DNA from: an uncultured Bacteroidales bacterium
GTDB taxonomy: Bacteria > Bacteroidota > Bacteroidia > Bacteroidales > WCHB1-69
Assembly (NCBI GenBank): GCA_947165685.1
Contig: CAMVBK010000005.1
Span: forward strand, 23,071 to 87,070
Direction: 5' to 3'
DNA length: 64,000 bases
Shown here: piece by piece, positions 28,972-37,071 of the stretch
Layout of the letters: each line of letters starts with the position of its first letter
Numbering within the stretch: position 1 is the stretch's first letter
Position numbers and translations under genes: made by a program
The notes under the pieces: generated by a model
What the model saw: only the letters and a program-made list of their open reading frames with translations
Database searches by the model: none
Told to the model about the DNA's origin: nothing

Positions 28972-29353
28972 CAATCTGATTCAGAAGCCCAACGAACATA
29001 ATGATCGTCAGAAAGTCGTTTTTGGATTCTCCGAAATCCGTGATGTAAGTTATGTGACGGCTCGTAATGATTCTAAATTCTTCATTGACTATATCCACCA
29101 TCTAAAGTCATTCTGTAGCATGACGTGGGATGAAATCAGAACCACCCAACGGCATGGTTTCGGTTCCGAGATCATAGATGTTCATCGTCTCACCCAGAAA
29201 GCTTTGCGGTGTGTTCCGTCTGGATTAAGAAAACTTATTGTATTGAGAGCAACTGGAAAAAACCACGTTTTTCTTGGCTATAGGGATGGCAGCGTGTTCC
29301 AGATTCTGTTTGTCGAGTATCATTTCGGCGACATATACGCTCACGAGGCATAA
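28961..29353 (+). CDS. hypothetical 130 aa protein, candidate toxin partner of the Panacea-domain protein
   Basis: TTG start overlaps the upstream stop by 11 nt, and there is no in-frame ATG until codon 54. The C-terminal segment LRATGKNHVFLGYRDGSVFQILFVEYHFGDIY resembles the RelE/ParE-type ..G.YR......i..i.hR.diY tail. Confidence 0.5.
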   Translation: MKTNNLIQKPNEHNDRQKVVFGFSEIRDVSYVTARNDSKFFIDYIHHLKSFCSMTWDEIRTTQRHGFGSEIIDVHRLTQKALRCVPSGLRKLIVLRATGKNHVFLGYRDGSVFQILFVEYHFGDIYAHEA

Positions 29354-29414
29354 AAGTACATGTAGCGACTCGCGCCTCTGTGTTGGCGGAGAAAATACAG
29401 TTTTTTTTCAGTCC

Positions 29415-29453
29415 TGTAAACATCCCTTACACCCACTGTAAGATTTTCTTACA
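29415..29453 (+). promoter_or_regulatory. tandem dyad TGTAA-N7-TTACA x2, copy B
   Basis: TGTAAacatcccTTACAcccacTGTAAgattttcTTACA. Confidence 0.55.
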
Positions 29454-29506
29454 CCCTCCATGTGCCAACATCCGTCGAACATCTCACAACCAGCATGTTA
29501 CGACTT

Positions 29507-29522
29507 TGGCATCCTTTTGGCA
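29507..29522 (+). promoter_or_regulatory. candidate sigma-54 promoter, copy B, upstream of the HlyD-family gene
   Basis: TGGCATccttTTGGCA has GG-N10-GC spacing and lies 54 nt after the dyads. Confidence 0.5.
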
Positions 29523-29547
29523 TCCTCTTACGGTACCGAACCCACGA

Positions 29548-29613
29548 CCAGCCTCGGAGAGGCTGAACGCACGCAGTGCAATTAACCCCACACAAGCGCA
29601 GCGCAGTGTGGGG
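29548..29613 (+). ncRNA. triple-hairpin element, copy 2 (leader of the HlyD-family gene)
   Basis: gcctc-gga-gaggc, gcac-gca-gtgc, ccccacac-N12-gtgtgggg; ends 24 nt before ATG 29637. Confidence 0.5.
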
Positions 29614-29636
29614 AAAACACCAAAAACCGAAAAGAT

Positions 29637-30887
29637 ATGGACAGAAAGATAGAACCAACCAAAGGAATCCGCAAACTCTTCACCCGCAAGGCACTGCCCT
29701 ACTGGGGCGGGGCGCTGATGCTCGTCTTCATCGGGTGGCTGCTGCTGCGGGACAACGCCTCGCGACTGCGCACGAACGGCGACACCTTCACCGTCGGCGA
29801 GGTGCGGCGCGGCGAGTTCAACGACTATATCCGCGTCACCGGGCAGGTGGTGCCGATGACCACTGTGCAGCTCAGCCCATTGGAGGGCGGTGTGGTGCAG
29901 CAGATTGTGACGGAGGAGGGCTCGCACGTCCGCGAGGGCGACATCATCCTGATTCTCAGCAACGAAGCGCTCGACATGCAGATTCTCAACGCCGAGGCCG
30001 ACCTCGCCGAAAAGGAGAACATCCTCCGCAACACGATGATCGCCATGGAACAGCAGAAACTGAACCTCCAGCAGGAGAAGCTGCAGCTGCAGATGGAGGT
30101 GCGCCGCAAAAAACGCACCTACGAGGCGAAAAAGTCGCTCTATGACGACAACCTCGTCGCGAAGGAGGAGTATTTGCAGGCCGAGGAGGAGTACCAGTTG
30201 GCCACCGACCGGCTCAAGCTGGTCGAGAACCGCGCCAAGCAGGACAGCCTCTACCGTTCGGTGGAAATCCGGCAGATGCGCGAAAGTTTGGAGAACATGC
30301 GGCTCAACATGCAGATGATACGTCATCGCAAGGAGAACCTTACCATCAAAGCCCCGATTGACGGCGAGCTTGGCCTTGTGGATGTGGTGCTCGGACAGTC
30401 TGTTGCGGCGGGCAGCAAGGTCGGGCAGATCAACAACCAGGACAACTACAAGCTCGAAGCTCTGATTGACGAGCACTATATCGACCGGGTGAGCGCGGGA
30501 CTGACCGCCGATTTCGAGCGGCAGGGCGAAAAGTGCAACGTGCTGATACGCAAGGTCTATCCCGAGGTGCGCGACGGCAAGTTCAAGGCCGACTTCAAAT
30601 TCCCCGACGGTCAGCCAGAGAACATCCGCACCGGCCAGACCTTCTACCTGAACCTGCAGCTCGGTCAGCCGGTGGAGGCCGTCCTCATTCCGCGCGGCGC
30701 CTTCTACCAAAAGACCGGCGGTAAGTGGATCTACGTGGTCTCCCCCGACGGCAAGCGTGCCGTGAAGCGCGACATCCGCATCGGTCGCCAAAATCCGCAG
30801 TACTACGAGGTTTTGGAAGGTCTTGAACCGGGCGAGAGGGTGATCACGTCGTCGTATGACGGGTACGGGGAGGCGGAAGTATTGGAA

Positions 30888-30899
<12 letters not shown>
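29637..30899 (+). CDS. efflux periplasmic adaptor (HlyD/MacA family membrane fusion protein)
   Basis: N-terminal TM, lipoyl-like motif, long coiled coil (LQQEKLQLQMEV..), beta-barrel C-terminal part. Confidence 0.88.
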
Positions 30900-30943
<44 letters not shown>

Positions 30944-30987
30944 GGAGAGTAAATACTTTTTTCTAAAAATGGAATGCAGAGTAATAC

Positions 30988-31018
30988 GAAAAGTGTTGTC
31001 TGTGGGCAACACTTTTTC
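30988..31018. terminator. hairpin between convergent genes
   Basis: GAAAAGTGTTG-tctgtggg-CAACACTTTTTC. Confidence 0.5.
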
Positions 31019-31025
31019 GTGAAAA

Positions 31026-32453
31026 CTACTGGTTGTAGGCAACACTTTCCTCTGCCAAACGGTTAAGTGCATCAATGTCAAGGTCTGGGAGTTCTATTTC
31101 GTCGTCATCGTCAAGATCAAGCAGGAAACCCATGTAAAGAGGAAGTGTCAGCACCGCGTCGTGACGTCCTACATTATAATTGCCGAACTTTATGGCATGG
31201 GTTACGTGGTAATGATCGGGATTGCCTAAGACGGTGGAAAGACTTTTCGTTTTACCCGATTTTGCTTTGACTTCCAAGGGCAGGCATTCGCCGTGATGAC
31301 GAACCAGAAAGTCGAGTTCAAGTCCGAACTCCTTGTGGAAATAGTAAAGGCGTTTCCTTTTTTTGCAGAGGAAGTCGGCCATCAGATTTTCAAAGATAGC
31401 CCCTTTGTAACCATACAAGTTGCCTTGAAGCACGTCGGCGCGAGTGCCGGGATCAAGCAAAGCTACCAAGAGGCCGATGTCTGTGACATAAACTTTGAAA
31501 CAGTCTTCGATTGCGTTACCGGATAAGGGAAGCTCGGTCGTCGTGGTGTTGTAGCAGCGGCGTATGATACCGGCATCCTCAAGCCATTGCAGGCATCCGA
31601 GATATTGAGAGGAACGGGCACCTTTCTTGATAGTCGCGTATTGGAATTTCTTATTCTCTTTGGCCAGTTGCCTCGGTATGGATTCAAAACATTCCCGTAT
31701 ATGCGGCTTGTCGTTGTCATCTGCGTATTTAACCATATCATCCTCATATTCAGCGATAATCGTACTGAACACCTCGCCTACCTGGCCGATATGTTTGGTT
31801 TCAAGAAACTTGTTGACCACCTCTGGCAGACCGCCCACAACGATGTACCGGTAAAGTAATTGCATCAGGGTCTGATGTATGCCATCGGGGACGGGTGTTT
31901 CATGCAGCAAACAGTCCGATAATGTGTCAATAATACCTTGCCGGATGCCATTGGCCCAGAGAAACTCCTCGAAGTCAAGAGGATACATATCCACAATCGT
32001 CTCATACCCAACAGGGACGGAGTTTTTTCCAAGTTGCTCCTTGGCTTTTTTCTTCTGCTTTTCACCGTAACCTTTCACACCGAGCAGAGAACCTGTGGCT
32101 ATGACATCATACCGGCCGTCGATCTTGAACGATTTCAATGCGGTTCTGGCATCGGGGCAGTCTTGAATCTCATCGAAAATCAGGCATGTTTCGTAAGGTA
32201 TGAATTCCGCTTCGGGCATAATTGCGGAGAGATTCATCATCATCACATCCACCTCTTTAGAACCGGTGAAAGCAGCGGATTTTTCAGGCTGGAGTGCGAA
32301 GTTGATGTAAATAACACTTTTGTAGTTCACCTCCGCAAAATGTTGAACAATAAAGGTTTTTCCGCATTGCCTTATTCCTTTTATGACCAGCGGTTTGTGG
32401 TTTTCTGTGTTCTTCCATTTGATGAGGATATCCTCAATCTTTCTCTTCAGCAT
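31026..32453 (-). CDS. solo AAA ATPase with DUF4143-type C-terminal region
   Basis: Walker A GIRQCGKTF, Walker B LIFDEIQ, C-terminal ..ELDFLV..G...PLEVKA..G pattern. Confidence 0.85.
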   Translation of the reverse strand: MLKRKIEDILIKWKNTENHKPLVIKGIRQCGKTFIVQHFAEVNYKSVIYINFALQPEKSAAFTGSKEVDVMMMNLSAIMPEAEFIPYETCLIFDEIQDCPDARTALKSFKIDGRYDVIATGSLLGVKGYGEKQKKKAKEQLGKNSVPVGYETIVDMYPLDFEEFLWANGIRQGIIDTLSDCLLHETPVPDGIHQTLMQLLYRYIVVGGLPEVVNKFLETKHIGQVGEVFSTIIAEYEDDMVKYADDNDKPHIRECFESIPRQLAKENKKFQYATIKKGARSSQYLGCLQWLEDAGIIRRCYNTTTTELPLSGNAIEDCFKVYVTDIGLLVALLDPGTRADVLQGNLYGYKGAIFENLMADFLCKKRKRLYYFHKEFGLELDFLVRHHGECLPLEVKAKSGKTKSLSTVLGNPDHYHVTHAIKFGNYNVGRHDAVLTLPLYMGFLLDLDDDDEIELPDLDIDALNRLAEESVAYNQ

Positions 32454-32476
32454 AATGACACGATTTTTTCAGCCTG

Positions 32477-32484
32477 CAAAAATA
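32477..32484 (-). promoter_or_regulatory. -7 box for the DUF4143 ATPase, embedded in GAAAAGTGTA iterons
   Basis: Minus strand reads GAAAAGTGTATTTTTG. The 18 nt direct repeat TTTCTGACGGAAAAAATC occurs at 32489 and 32521. Confidence 0.55.
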
Positions 32485-32604
32485 CACTTTTCTGACGGAA
32501 AAAATCACAATCCAAACATTTTTCTGACGGAAAAAATCGCGGACGCTACACTTTTCTTGTCAACCAAAACTCCGGCAGAAGCACTGAAGCAGCAGCAGGG
32601 GCGT

Positions 32605-32632
32605 GTAGAGACGCAAAATTTTGCATCTCTAC
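32605..32632. repeat. GTAGAGACGC palindrome, copy 2
   Basis: GTAGAGACGCAAAATTTTGCATCTCTAC. The single mismatch is a G-U pair only when read on the minus strand. Confidence 0.8.
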
Positions 32633-32829
32633 CATGCAAACAACGCGTCACCCTTCACCTCGCGGGGAATCTTCCGGGCGTACATATTGTCCAAAAGACC
32701 ATTCGGCGTGATGAATGCCGGCAGCAATGATTTCTTCGTTTGGGTGACCTTCCGGAAAATACGCATCCGGCGGGCGAGTTGGCTGTCATAGCTTTTGGTG
32801 ATTTCGTATTCGTCTGTGGAGAATTTCAT
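32629..32829 (-). pseudogene. 3' fragment (about 66 codons) of a DUF234-type ATPase gene, paralogous to 42640-44061
   Basis: KFSTDEYEITKSYDS..FRKVTQTKKSLLPAFITPNGLL.N.Y......V.GDALFA aligns with the C-terminus KYTQSEYTITSDEDL..FVRETKTRNGILPTWITPYGLSQNEY...V.MDDLFA. The N-terminal ~400 codons are absent. Confidence 0.6.
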
Positions 32830-32960
32830 TTCGCAACTCAAGAATTTTGGCGCAAAGACACAAAAAATATGAGATTGCGCCAACCTTGTGGTAGAATTCT
32901 GGCGTAATCTCTGTTTTTTTATGAGATTGCGCCAAGGAAGTTGTTTTGCAAAAAAGCGAA

Positions 32961-33310
32961 TTACAGCAGAACTTCCGTCGGTGGGGTTGACGGAATGAAA
33001 AACATGACGTAGTATATCGGAAGATAAGTCACCTTCCCGTTTTGCTTGACTTCGCGCTCGTTCGACATTACAAAAGCTTGTTCGATGTGGTAGTCGGGAG
33101 TGGCGACAAAGGCATCCAACGAAGCGTGCTCATTGTAGTTTTTCCCCGATTTAACCTCGATGGGAAGAACCGAAAGCAAAAACGTTTTTGCCCTTCATAC
33201 CGAATGATAAAAGACTTCCCTATCTGACGAGCTCCATCAAGAACTAGTATCTTATCAGATCCATTATCAAGATAATCAGCTATTTCCGTTTGAATCTTTC
33301 TTTTTAACAT
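32961..33310 (-). pseudogene. internally deleted and frameshifted DUF4143-type AAA ATPase gene
   Basis: N-terminal MLKRKIQTEIADYLDNGSDKILVLDGARQIGKSFII (compare MLKRKIEDIL..GIRQCGKTFIV) is joined in another frame to the C-terminal LPIEVKSGKNY.. segment. The middle ~350 codons are missing. Confidence 0.7.
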
Positions 33311-33507
33311 ACACTTTTCCGTTAAATTCAAATCTGCAAACATACACTTTTCTGGAAAACAATCGGATGAAATAATACACTTTTCCGTCAATCATACTTA
33401 GTTCTTGTACCAGCTCGAAAAAAGTGGACACGAGAGCCTTGTCCCAAAAATAGTATTTTTGCCATTATGAAAGTTTCAATGATGACCTTTAATAAAATGA
33501 TGATACC

Positions 33508-33546
33508 TGTAAAGAAACCTTACACCTGCTGTAAGAAATCTTTACA
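33508..33546 (+). promoter_or_regulatory. tandem dyad TGTAA-N7-TTACA x2, copy C
   Basis: TGTAAagaaaccTTACAcctgcTGTAAgaaatctTTACA. Confidence 0.55.
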
Positions 33547-33598
33547 GCGGCCCTTTTGTTAGATGTTTAGAGAATTGACAACCAATGGTTTATGTTTT

Positions 33599-33614
33599 TG
33601 GCACGGAAAATGAT
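33599..33614 (+). promoter_or_regulatory. candidate sigma-54 promoter, copy C
   Basis: TGGCACGgaaaATGA, 53 nt after the dyads; the -12 region is weak. Confidence 0.4.
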
Positions 33615-33664
33615 GTATGAGAATGATGAAGAACGATGTATGGATGTTTATAAAAAAAATAAAT

Positions 33665-33736
33665 CCTTAAGCAGCCTCGGAGAGGCAAGACGCGCGAAGC
33701 GCTAATAACCCCATACAAGCGAAGCGCAGTGTGGGG
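33665..33736 (+). ncRNA. triple-hairpin element, copy 3 (leader of permease 1)
   Basis: gcctc-gga-gaggc, gcgc-gaa-gcgc (compensatory relative to gcac/gtgc), ccccatac-N12-gtgtgggg (U-G pair on the plus strand). Confidence 0.5.
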
Positions 33737-33752
33737 CTTAAAACAAAAAAAT

Positions 33753-36128
33753 ATGAAAAGTTACCTCAAATTCCTCAGTCGCAACAAACTCTACACCGCC
33801 GTCGAAGCGGTGGGCCTGGTCGTGAGTCTCGCGTTCGTGATCTTGATTGGCAGCTACGTGGCCCAACATCTGGCCGTCGTGAATGAGAATCCCGCCCATG
33901 ACCGCATTTACAGCCTCGGTAACACGTTACACTTGGGACTGTCTGTTTGGGATAAAGAGTCTCTGGAAACCAATATTCCTGAAATTGAGTTGATCAGCAG
34001 AATCACGGGGAAGGATGGAAAATTAGTTTACCAAAGTAATGCCTATCCTGCCAACATCAAGTTCGTTGACCAAGACTTTTTCAATCTTTTTCCGTATTAC
34101 ACGTTTGTGGAAGGAAGCAGTGACGGATTTGACAAATCCAACAACGCCATTATCAGTGAAACTATGGCCAGACAGTTTGAGGACAATGGGAACTTGTTGG
34201 GCAAAACCATCATCATCGATGAAAAACCATACATCATTTGCGGCATCATGAAAGATGTCCAAAATTCCTTGATTCAGTATTTTGACGTGCTGCTTCCTTT
34301 TGATGACAAAAGCTATGAGGGACAAAAACCTTTCAAGATAATCCAGGGTGTGCTCACCCTCTTTCAGAGAATGGAGAACACGGATGAGGAGGCTTTCAAA
34401 AACAAGGTACTTGACCTCTGCAATCAAAATTATAGTTCTTGGGGTGAAGAGTGGTTAAAAGGGCTTGTGGTGTACAATTATAAGGAGATGTTCTTCAATT
34501 CCTATTCCCATTCGAATAAAAGTATTCACACGGGGAACCTCACCAACATCTGGATCCTTACGGCCATCGTTATCCTTCTTTTGCTGTCGGCTGTCATCAA
34601 CTACATCAACCTCAGCATGGCTTTGGTGAGAAAACGTGCCAAGGAGATGGCCACCCGCCGGCTTTTGGGAGCACAGAAACTGTCCGTCATGGGCAAACTT
34701 ATTGCCGAATCTGTGTTGTTCACAGCAGTATGTTTCGGTTTTGCCTTTTTGTTGGCTTACGCTCTGGTGCCCACGATGAATCGGCTGTTAGTCAGCAATA
34801 CCCCTGATGCCGACATCCAGCTACGGCTGTTGATGACGCCTGCATACATAGTGGCGTATGTGAGTGGTGTCCTGCTACTGGGAGCGCTTTCGGGCTGGTT
34901 GCCAGCTTTGTTCGCCTCCCGTTATGCCCCGATTGAGGTGGTTCGCGGCGCGTTCCGCCAATACAACAAAATGTGGTTCAACAAGATATTCATCGTTTTT
35001 CAGAGCGTGCTTTCGTTTGTGCTGATCGCCTTGGCTATCGTGATGGAGGTGCAGATGCGGCACATGGTTAACCGCCCTATTCATCTTCAGACAACAGATC
35101 TTTTTGTGATTGATGAACTTTATCCTCCAAGAGCGTATTTGCCCGTTGTAGAAGAACTCAGGTCGTTGCCATGTGTTGAGGAAGTCGGTATCGGACAAGG
35201 TTATCCTGGGAAAATCAACTATAGCTTTGGCATTCCGACTATGGAAGACGATTCAAAAAGCGAGATAAAAATGGTAACGGTTCTGTGCGATTCAATCTAT
35301 TTCCAGTTGTTGGGGTTTGAGGTGGTTGAAGATTTCGGCCATCCCAAAGCCAATTCGCTATGGTTAGGAGAGCATGTTTTGATTGAAAGCGGTATTTCCG
35401 ACACTTCCACTTCGTTTTTGAACAATATAGCTGCATATTTCAGCAACTATTATTTCATGAACGTGGATTATATTGGCGGTGTTGTGCATGATTTCCCGGT
35501 TAAAACGGCTGCCTGTGCCGACGGCGACTATAATTTAAATGGTGGAGTTTATGTGTTTGATACAGAGAAGTTTGGTTATGGGGTCGGCTTGCTCGTCAAG
35601 ACCACAGGCGACCATGCGGAAGCTGAAAGGCAGATTATGAACCACTACAATCAGTGGGTGGAGAAAAAGGAGGGCGTAGGCAAGGATGTCAAGTGCGGGT
35701 ATGCGGATGATTTGATGTTGGAGCAGTTGGAGCCTGCCAAGCGCACCGTGCGGCTGTTGGAGCTTTTCATGGGGCTGTCGGTGCTACTCTCCTTGCTCGG
35801 CCTCATCGCCATGAGCACCTACTACAGTGGCGAGAACACCCAGGGCATCGCCATCCGCAAGGCTTTCGGCAGCGATGTGCGGCGCGAGCTGTGGCGCACG
35901 GTCAGAGGCTACATGCTCCTCGTCGGAATCGCGGCAACGATCGGTGTGCCTGTCGCTGTCTGGCTAAGCGGGAAGTACTTGGAACGTTTCGCCTACCGCA
36001 TCGAGCATTACGGCTGGATCTTTGTCGTGGCCGTCCTACTCACCGCGCTGATGGCCTTCCTCTCGGTGTTATGGCAGACGCTTCGCGCCGCGAGGACGAA
36101 CCCTGCGGAGGCGTTGAAGAAGGAGTGA
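33753..36128 (+). CDS. ABC transporter permease, long FtsX/MacB-type (permease 1)
   Basis: MKSYLKFLSRNKLYTAVEAVGL.. N-terminal TM, two FtsX 4-TM modules, two large extracytoplasmic domains, C-terminal ..LRAARTNPAEALKKE. Confidence 0.9.
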   Translation: MKSYLKFLSRNKLYTAVEAVGLVVSLAFVILIGSYVAQHLAVVNENPAHDRIYSLGNTLHLGLSVWDKESLETNIPEIELISRITGKDGKLVYQSNAYPANIKFVDQDFFNLFPYYTFVEGSSDGFDKSNNAIISETMARQFEDNGNLLGKTIIIDEKPYIICGIMKDVQNSLIQYFDVLLPFDDKSYEGQKPFKIIQGVLTLFQRMENTDEEAFKNKVLDLCNQNYSSWGEEWLKGLVVYNYKEMFFNSYSHSNKSIHTGNLTNIWILTAIVILLLLSAVINYINLSMALVRKRAKEMATRRLLGAQKLSVMGKLIAESVLFTAVCFGFAFLLAYALVPTMNRLLVSNTPDADIQLRLLMTPAYIVAYVSGVLLLGALSGWLPALFASRYAPIEVVRGAFRQYNKMWFNKIFIVFQSVLSFVLIALAIVMEVQMRHMVNRPIHLQTTDLFVIDELYPPRAYLPVVEELRSLPCVEEVGIGQGYPGKINYSFGIPTMEDDSKSEIKMVTVLCDSIYFQLLGFEVVEDFGHPKANSLWLGEHVLIESGISDTSTSFLNNIAAYFSNYYFMNVDYIGGVVHDFPVKTAACADGDYNLNGGVYVFDTEKFGYGVGLLVKTTGDHAEAERQIMNHYNQWVEKKEGVGKDVKCGYADDLMLEQLEPAKRTVRLLELFMGLSVLLSLLGLIAMSTYYSGENTQGIAIRKAFGSDVRRELWRTVRGYMLLVGIAATIGVPVAVWLSGKYLERFAYRIEHYGWIFVVAVLLTALMAFLSVLWQTLRAARTNPAEALKKE

Positions 36129-36185
36129 ACGGCGAACAAACGTCGGCGAATTTTACGAATTATGCGAATTATATAAAGACATATT

Positions 36186-36251
36186 CCTTGAGCAGCCCCG
36201 AAGGGGCAAGAGCTTGGTAGCCCCATACAAGGCGAAGCCGCAGTGTGGGGG
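36186..36251 (+). ncRNA. triple-hairpin element, copy 4 (intercistronic; middle hairpin degenerate)
   Basis: gcccc-gaa-ggggc (compensatory relative to gcctc/gaggc), ccccatac-N13-gtgtgggg. Confidence 0.45.
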
Positions 36252-36283
36252 ACATCAGAACGAACAATTTAATACCCATTATT

Positions 36284-36964
36284 ATGATCAAAGTACAAAA
36301 CCTCACCAAAATCTTCCGGACGGAAGAAATCGAGACCCTCGCGTTGGACGGTGTCTCGTTCGAAATACAGGACGGCGAGTTCGTCGCCGTGATGGGGCCG
36401 TCGGGCTGCGGCAAATCCACGCTGCTCAACATCCTCGGCCTCTTGGACAACCCCACCTCGGGCAGCTACGAGCTGTTGGGGCAGGAAGTCGGCAAGTTGA
36501 AGGAGCGGGAGCGCACCAAATTCCGCAAAGGCAACATCGGCTTCGTGTTCCAGAGCTTCAACCTCATCGACGAGCTGAACGTCTATGAGAACATCGAGCT
36601 GCCGCTGAAGTACCTGAACATCAGCGCCACGGAGCGCAAACAGCGCGTGACCGCCCTCATGGAACGCATGGCCATCAAGCACCGGGCCAAGCACTTCCCG
36701 CAGCAGTTGTCGGGCGGACAGCAGCAGCGTGTGGCCATCGCCCGCGCCGTGGTCGCCAACCCCAAGCTCATCCTCGCCGACGAGCCCACCGGCAACCTCG
36801 ACTCCAAGAACGGCAAAGAGGTGATGGACCTGCTCACCGAGCTGCACGACGAGGGCACCACCATCGTGATGGTCACCCACTCGCAGCGCGACGCGGGCTA
36901 CGCCGGCCGCGTCATCGACCTCTTCGACGGCCGCATCGTGGAGGATGTTCTGCCCGAACTGTGA
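36284..36964 (+). CDS. ABC transporter ATP-binding protein (MacB/LolD-type)
   Basis: Walker [11 protein letters not shown]-loop, [14 protein letters not shown], Walker [13 protein letters not shown]. Start placed at MIKVQNLTK. Confidence 0.93.
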   Translation: MIKVQNLTKIFRTEEIETLALDGVSFEIQDGEFVAVMGPSGCGKSTLLNILGLLDNPTSGSYELLGQEVGKLKERERTKFRKGNIGFVFQSFNLIDELNVYENIELPLKYLNISATERKQRVTALMERMAIKHRAKHFPQQLSGGQQQRVAIARAVVANPKLILADEPTGNLDSKNGKEVMDLLTELHDEGTTIVMVTHSQRDAGYAGRVIDLFDGRIVEDVLPEL

Positions 36965-37004
36965 TGCCATATTAAATTTGGTTAATAACATATTGAAGGG
37001 ATTT

Positions 37005-37033
37005 TGTAGAGACGTACCATGCGCGTCTCTACA
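37005..37033. repeat. GTAGAGACG palindrome, copy 3 (leader of permease 2)
   Basis: TGTAGAGACG-taccatgcg-CGTCTCTACA. Confidence 0.8.
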
Positions 37034-37071
37034 GACCCACCTTAAATTGCAGAAACCAAACATCAATTAAT

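Noticed and set aside
22800-29414. Calling the AT-richer insert a mobile element or genomic island with defined ends
   Set aside because: No integrase, transposase, relaxase, tRNA target or flanking direct repeats are visible. Only the composition shift and the interruption of synteny support it.
33467-33562. A 31-codon ORF (MKVSMMTFNKMMIPVKKPYTCCKKSLQRPFC) directly after a TAnnTTTG box at 33454-33461
   Set aside because: It is translated straight across the TGTAA-N7-TTACA dyads, has no conservation signal and shows no evidence of coding. The box is more likely a leftover of the neighbouring decayed ATPase locus or a second promoter.
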